From an uncultured bacterium (GTDB lineage: Bacteria; Hydrothermota; UBA3073; NMUJ01): a stretch of DNA of 19,324 nt. Made by a program: the position numbers and the translations under genes. The stretch covers positions 1 through 19,324 of the forward strand of contig CBFDTI010000020.1 of the NCBI GenBank assembly GCA_965612795.1, in the 5' to 3' direction. This document shows, piece by piece, positions 14,182-19,324 of this stretch. The notes under the pieces are model-generated. The model was not told the DNA's origin and searched no databases. It worked only from the letters and a program-made list of their open reading frames with translations. The number at the start of each line of letters is the position of its first letter. The first letter of the stretch is position 1.

Positions 14182-15384
14182 ATGGATGTATGGGATAAGA
14201 TTGTGGCACACACGGAGGAGATCATTTTACCTGAGGAGCTCAAGGAGCGGCTTGCACGTGATAAACCACTACGTATAAAGTTGGGTATCGATCCCACTGC
14301 ACCTGACGTACATCTGGGGTGGGCAACAGTATTGTGGAAGTTGCGTCAATTTCAGGAGTTAGGTCATACAGCTGTGTTGATTGTGGGCGACTTTACTGCT
14401 AAGATAGGTGACCCGTCAGGGCAGTCGAAGACCAGACCGCAGTTGAGTGATGAGCAGATTATGGAGAACATGAGACATTACCAGGAGCAGATATTTAAAA
14501 TATTGATACCTGAGTATACGGAGTTCAGATACAACAGTGAATGGCTGTCACAGATGAGGTTGGACGACCTGATAAAGCTTGCATCTAAGGTGACAGTGGC
14601 ACAGTTGCTGGTGAGGGAGGACTTTAACACACGCTACAAGGAGGGTAACCCCATAGCGTTACATGAGTTCCTGTATCCAGTGATACAGGGGTATGATTCG
14701 GTGATGGTGAAAGCGGATGTGGAGATTGGTGGTAGGGATCAGAAGTTCAATTTCCTGTTGGCACGTGAGTTACAGCGATACTATGGGCAGGAGCCGGAGG
14801 TGTTGGTGTTGATGCCGTTACTGTTGGGTACGGATGGTGTACGTAAGATGAGCCAGAGCTTGGGTAATTACATAGGGATAAGCGAGCCGCCGGATGAGAT
14901 GTATGGTAAGATAATGTCGATACCGGATGAACTTATACCACATTATTATGAGCTGGTGTTACGTTATCCGAAAGATGAGGTTAACAAAATAGCGGGGGCG
15001 ATCAAATCGGGTGAGGTTAACCCACGTGATTTGAAGGCTAAGCTGGCGTGGGAGGTGGTTAAGTTATACCACTCAGAAGATGCAGCTGATAAAGCAGCGG
15101 ATAGGTTCGACCGCATATTCAGTAAGCGTGAGCTACCGGAGGAGATGCCCACCTTTAAGCTACCCGCACGTAAGATGCGTATTGTGGATATAATCCACGA
15201 GATAGGGTATAGTGGGTCGAAGAGCGAAGCTAAGCGGTTGATACGTCAGGGTGGGGTTAAGGTCAACGGTAAGGTGGTGGATGATGTGGAGCAGGAGATA
15301 GATCTACAATCCGGTGTTGTGGTGAAGGTAGGTAAACGCAAGTTTGCACGTGTGGTGTATGGGGGAGATACTACCAGTAGATAA
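14182..15384 (+). CDS. tyrS: Tyrosine--tRNA ligase
   Basis: IKLGIDPTAPDVHLGW, IVGDFTAKIGDPSG, EFLYPVIQGYD, EIGGRDQKFN, KMSQSLGNYI, C-terminal S4 domain (SKSEAKRLIRQGGV...KVGKRKF). Start is ATG 14182 or 14173; the ORF-track start at 14059 runs through the tRNA. Confidence 0.95.
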   Translation: MDVWDKIVAHTEEIILPEELKERLARDKPLRIKLGIDPTAPDVHLGWATVLWKLRQFQELGHTAVLIVGDFTAKIGDPSGQSKTRPQLSDEQIMENMRHYQEQIFKILIPEYTEFRYNSEWLSQMRLDDLIKLASKVTVAQLLVREDFNTRYKEGNPIALHEFLYPVIQGYDSVMVKADVEIGGRDQKFNFLLARELQRYYGQEPEVLVLMPLLLGTDGVRKMSQSLGNYIGISEPPDEMYGKIMSIPDELIPHYYELVLRYPKDEVNKIAGAIKSGEVNPRDLKAKLAWEVVKLYHSEDAADKAADRFDRIFSKRELPEEMPTFKLPARKMRIVDIIHEIGYSGSKSEAKRLIRQGGVKVNGKVVDDVEQEIDLQSGVVVKVGKRKFARVVYGGDTTSR

Positions 15385-16261
15385 GCAAGACGTTGATGAG
15401 ATAACACGTCTGTTGAGGGATACCCTCGTATTTGACGAAATTAGCATACCGTTGGTATACGAGAAGATATGGGGTGATAAGGATTATCAGCCTGACCTTA
15501 CGCTCAAGTACGTGGAGGCTGGTGGAATTGTTGGTATGATAATGGGTGTGAAGCGTGACACGAAGGGATATGTGAAGTTGATAGCAGTGGCACCAGAGTA
15601 TCGGAATAGGGGGATAGGTACGCAGTTGCTGGAGAGGGTTGAACATGGGTTGGCTGGGGTGGATGAGATAAGGGTTGTGGGTAGTCCACCCAACTACCTC
15701 GCGCCGGGGGTTGATCCACGATATACCGAAGCTTATGTGTTCTTTAAGCGACATGGGTATGAGGTATGTGGTGAAGCTTGCAATATGGAAGTAGTGCTTA
15801 CACCTGATGTTGTACGGTATGACCATATGCTGGAGGGGTTAAGGGCCAAGAATATAAGTGTGAGGCGTGCTGATAGAAACATAAGTGATACGATACGTGA
15901 GTTTATCGATACACACTTTAAAGGATGGTGGCCAGAAGTGGAGGTGGGGTTGAGTAACGACCCGCCTACGGTGTTTGTTGCGGAACGGGATAACCAAATA
16001 GTGGGGTTTGCTGCACACAAGACGAATAATAAAGTGTTGCCATGGTTTGGCCCTATGGGTGTGGATTCGAATTTCAGAGGTATGGGGATAGGTGAGGCGC
16101 TACTCAGGTGTACGCTTGCGGATATGTACGATATGGGGTATAAAAAGGCGATCATTGCATGGGTGGGACCGATCGAGTTCTATTACAGGACGGTAGGTGC
16201 TAAGGTTACGAGGGTTTTTTGGCTGATGTGCAAGCGGATGGATGGTCGAGCTGACGCATGA
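15359..16261 (+). CDS. Tandem (two-domain) GNAT N-acetyltransferase
   Basis: Two acetyl-CoA motif-A copies: [17 protein letters not shown] and [17 protein letters not shown], with later FFKRHGY and [11 protein letters not shown] 15359 overlaps the tyrS end. Confidence 0.88.
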   Translation: MGEILPVDKQDVDEITRLLRDTLVFDEISIPLVYEKIWGDKDYQPDLTLKYVEAGGIVGMIMGVKRDTKGYVKLIAVAPEYRNRGIGTQLLERVEHGLAGVDEIRVVGSPPNYLAPGVDPRYTEAYVFFKRHGYEVCGEACNMEVVLTPDVVRYDHMLEGLRAKNISVRRADRNISDTIREFIDTHFKGWWPEVEVGLSNDPPTVFVAERDNQIVGFAAHKTNNKVLPWFGPMGVDSNFRGMGIGEALLRCTLADMYDMGYKKAIIAWVGPIEFYYRTVGAKVTRVFWLMCKRMDGRADA

Positions 16262-17312
16262 GGTCAGCCTTACGTAGGGCGTCGATGATGGGGTCGAGGT
16301 TACCCTCCAGTATCTCATCTAACTGGTAAAGTGTAAGCCCTATCCTGTGATCGGTTACGCGGTTCTGTGGGAAATTATACGTGCGGATCTTTTCGCTGCG
16401 TTCACCTTCACCTATCTGTTGTTTGCGTTCACGTTGTAGTTGGGTGTCGCGTTCCTTACGCATGCGTTCGAGTAGCTTTGCACGCAACACGGCGAGTGCA
16501 CGCATGCGGTTTTGGTATTGGGAACGCTGTTCCTGTGAGGTGACCACTATACCGGTAGGTATATGGGTTATCCTGACGGCGGTGGCAACCTTGTTCACGT
16601 TTTGGCCACCGGGGCCAGAGGCGTAGAAGAACTCCAGCTTTATGTCTTTTGGATCTATGCGGACTTCGATTTCGTCAGCTTCGGGTAGTACAGCTACTGT
16701 CACAGTGGATGTATGGATACGGCCACCGGATTCGGTCACCGGTATGCGTTGTACACGATGTACACCGCTTTCGTAGCGTAGGTGCTGGTAGACGTCTTTA
16801 CCTTTGACGGCAAAGATGACCTGTTTGTAGCCACCGAGGTCACTCTTGTGTTCGTCGATGAGCTCGAGTTGCCACCCCTTCTGTTCGATATAACGTGCAT
16901 ACATGCGGAATAGGTCGCGTGCAAATAGGGCGGCTTCTTCACCACCGGCGGCGGCACGTAGCTCCATGATGACGTTGCGGTCACTGTACTTGTCACGTGG
17001 TGCAAGTGCAGCAAGAAGCTTGTGCTCGACTTGCTTGAGTTCGGTGGATTTCTCCGATAACTCCTGGCGTGCTAACTCGATAAGCTCGTCATCGTCGGAG
17101 GTATCGATTATCGTTTGTGCTTCGTTGAGAGCAGACTGTAGTGCTTGGTAGCGTTCGTATAGGTGTAGGATTTCGGTGATACGATCGTACTCACGTGAAA
17201 GCTGTATGAGACGGTCGCGGTCGCTTAGGATTTCGTGTGAATTGAGGCGTTCCTCCAGCTCCTTTTTGCGTAACTTGAGGTTCTCCAAACGGTCAATCCA
17301 CACCTTATCCAT
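16206..17312 (-). CDS. prfA: Peptide chain release factor 1
   Basis: [37 protein letters not shown] (RF1-specific PxT), [31 protein letters not shown]. Confidence 0.97.
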   Translation of the reverse strand: MDKVWIDRLENLKLRKKELEERLNSHEILSDRDRLIQLSREYDRITEILHLYERYQALQSALNEAQTIIDTSDDDELIELARQELSEKSTELKQVEHKLLAALAPRDKYSDRNVIMELRAAAGGEEAALFARDLFRMYARYIEQKGWQLELIDEHKSDLGGYKQVIFAVKGKDVYQHLRYESGVHRVQRIPVTESGGRIHTSTVTVAVLPEADEIEVRIDPKDIKLEFFYASGPGGQNVNKVATAVRITHIPTGIVVTSQEQRSQYQNRMRALAVLRAKLLERMRKERDTQLQRERKQQIGEGERSEKIRTYNFPQNRVTDHRIGLTLYQLDEILEGNLDPIIDALRKADLMRQLDHPSACTSAKKPS

Positions 17313-17429
17313 TTTATCATTGTAATATAACCCAATACGGTGATAAGCAATATGTGGTGGACGAGATCGGAATACGTGTTATACTGGTTGATAAGGATAT
17401 GCTCGGGGTTATTTTAAAGAGGGAAAGGT

Positions 17430-19255
17430 ATGGATCCACTAAGTATACCGGATCTTGTGGATAATAAACGGGTTACTGGGGTGACCTTACGTGACGTGAT
17501 TGTCAGAATCTTGGAACAAAGTTCTAATCCTTCGCTTTTCGTGGCAACTGCTTATTTTAATTTAGAGGCGCTCAATAGTTTATCGACTGTTTTAGATAAA
17601 GTATCGGAATTGCGACTTTTAATAGGTAAGGAACAAGATCAGGCTTTTGTACTTACTGAACGTCTACAGCGAGAGCTTGAAGATAAAGCAACACGAGGTG
17701 ATCTGTCCATACTTCCTGAACTTCAAAGATGGCGTGATTTTCTTCGACAAGATAAGGTACATATACGCTACTACACGGGCGGATTTTTACATGGGAAGGC
17801 GTACCTTATAAGCGGTGTACCCGTAGCTGGATACATTGGTATTGTGGGGTCGTCCAATTTCACTGGTGCGGGGCTGGAGACAAACTTGGAGCTTAACGCT
17901 GTTCTTAAACAAACCACGGCTGTGGAGGAGCTTTTGCGATGGTTTGAAAATCTCTGGGCTGAGTCTGAGGACTACAAGGAAACGCTTCTTGATATGCTGG
18001 ATAATTTCACGCACACCTATACTCCATATGAAATTTACATCAAAGTACTTTATGAAGCGTTCAAGGATCGGTTACAGGCAGATTTAAGCGAACAAGAGGA
18101 GAAACCTTCACCAATTGCATTGGCGGATTTTCAGCATGATGGTTACTTTGCTGCTAAGGAGATTCTTGAGCATTATGGTGGTGTAATTCTTGCAGATTCA
18201 GTAGGATTGGGTAAGACATATCTGGCGTTACGCCTGTTGGATGATTATGCGTATCAAATGCGGGAAACTGCCCTGGTGATATGTCCTGCTGCTCTAAGAG
18301 ATACACTCTGGAAGCCACTCTTAGAAATGCATGCTATACCACATCATATAGAGTCTATGGAACGTATTAGTCAAAGTGATTTTAATATCGAAGAGTTTTC
18401 TGAATATAAAATTATCGTTGTTGATGAATCACATAATTTCCGTAACCCTAATGCTAATCGGTGGCGTAATCTGTTTAGGTTATTGACGGAAGGAGATCAA
18501 ACAAAGAAGGTGATATTCCTTACGGCTACGCCGATTAATAATACAATTTTTGATTTATACCATCAGCTTCGGCTTATTGCACGGGATGAGCTTGACTTTT
18601 TTGCTGATGCTGGTATACCAAATCTTTTAGGTTATTTTCGGCGTGCGGAGGAGAACAAAGACGCACTATATGAGGTATTAGAAGCGATTGCTGTACGACG
18701 TAGCCGCCCCTTTATACGTAAAAATTACCCTAACGCTCAGATTGATGGACAAGTGTTACGATTCCCGAAACGAGAGTTGCATACGGTTCATTATAAATTG
18801 GAACGAAGTTATGGGAAGGCTCTTTATGCTAAAGTGGCGGAGGCGATTGAGAACCTAATACTTGCACCATATCAGGTGGATACATTTCGTAAAGAGGTTA
18901 AATATATACGGCAGTTAAGTCTGTTTGATATGTTCCCGTCTATGGCTAAAATTAAAGGAAGAGAGTTACCACTTATTAAACGATTAATACAACAAGGGTG
19001 GAGTAAAGAAGAGGTACAGGATTTTGTGATGACAATTGGACGACAGACTGCACTTGCTCATATTATGCGAGTGCTCTATCTTAAGCGACTCGAATCTTCG
19101 GTAGAAGCATTACGTATATCGTTGCGACGGCAGCTTGATTTTCAACGTGCATTTTTAAAGGCGATGGAAAGAGGTAAACTGTTAGATAGTAAATCTTATC
19201 GGAAATGGTTACAGATGGAATCAGCGGACGATCAGGCTGAAGGTGAACCTAATTT
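17430..19255 (+). CDS. PLD-family nuclease domain fused to SNF2-like SF2 helicase; 3'-truncated
   Basis: VATAYF, FLHGKAYL...VGSSNFT..GLETNLELN (PLD); LADFQ, ILADSVGLGKT, VICPAAL, VVDESHNFRN, FLTATPINN, KRLESS. No helicase C-domain before the adapter. The ORF-track tail CLLYTSPSPRD* is translated adapter. Confidence 0.88.
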
Positions 19256-19324
19256 CTGTCTCTTATACACATCTCCGAGCCCACGAGACTAGGCATGATC
19301 TCGTATGCCGTCTTCTGCTTGAAA
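19256..19324 (+). other. Illumina Nextera adapter read-through (artefact)
   Basis: Tn5 mosaic end CTGTCTCTTATACACATCT 19256-19274, CCGAGCCCACGAGAC 19275-19289, i7 index TAGGCATG 19290-19297, P7 complement ATCTCGTATGCCGTCTTCTGCTTG 19298-19321, then AAA. Confidence 0.99.

Noticed and set aside
16206..17312. Release factor as PrfH partner of RtcB, or as frameshifted RF2
   Set aside because: Full-length protein with the RF1 PVT motif, no SPF motif or internal frameshift, and far from rtcB.
1160..18087. Remaining short ORFs in the six-frame track (e.g. 9884-10489, 15371-15826, 5331-5741)
   Set aside because: Each lies inside or antisense to a well-supported gene and has no independent motif or RBS.
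19256..19274. Tn5/IS50 end suggesting a transposon insertion into the helicase
   Set aside because: It continues into the Nextera primer, index and P7 sequence, so it is a library artefact.

Overview
Compact, mostly housekeeping window from a diderm bacterium. The secreted-protein type resembles those of FCB-related candidate phyla, but this is inference only. In order: a lipoprotein cut by the left edge (-); an EF-G2-type fusA paralog translationally coupled to a long-form RtcB, then rpe and a 603-aa secreted FN3/CTD-type protein (+); a small beta-barrel-like exported protein (-); a membrane-anchored TPR protein (+); a minus-strand run of 53-aa chimeric mini-ORF, four-helix-bundle (23S-IVP/bAvd-like) gene, UvrD-family helicase with PD-(D/E)XK nuclease, folD, amidase and XRE regulator; tRNA-Met(CAT), tyrS and a tandem GNAT (+); prfA (-); and a PLD/SNF2-type helicase gene cut off by an untrimmed Illumina Nextera adapter (19256-19324, artefact). 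The most striking structure is a three-arm heptamer repeat around the four-helix-bundle gene. Two 46-bp direct copies contain the start codons of the four-helix-bundle gene and the helicase-nuclease, and one inverted copy between them could pair with either. Also notable: an apparent in-frame deletion scar (TonB-receptor-like N-terminus fused to a CTD-like C-terminus), motif changes in EF-G, FolD and TyrRS, and recurrent promoter-like motifs with 15-16 bp spacers.
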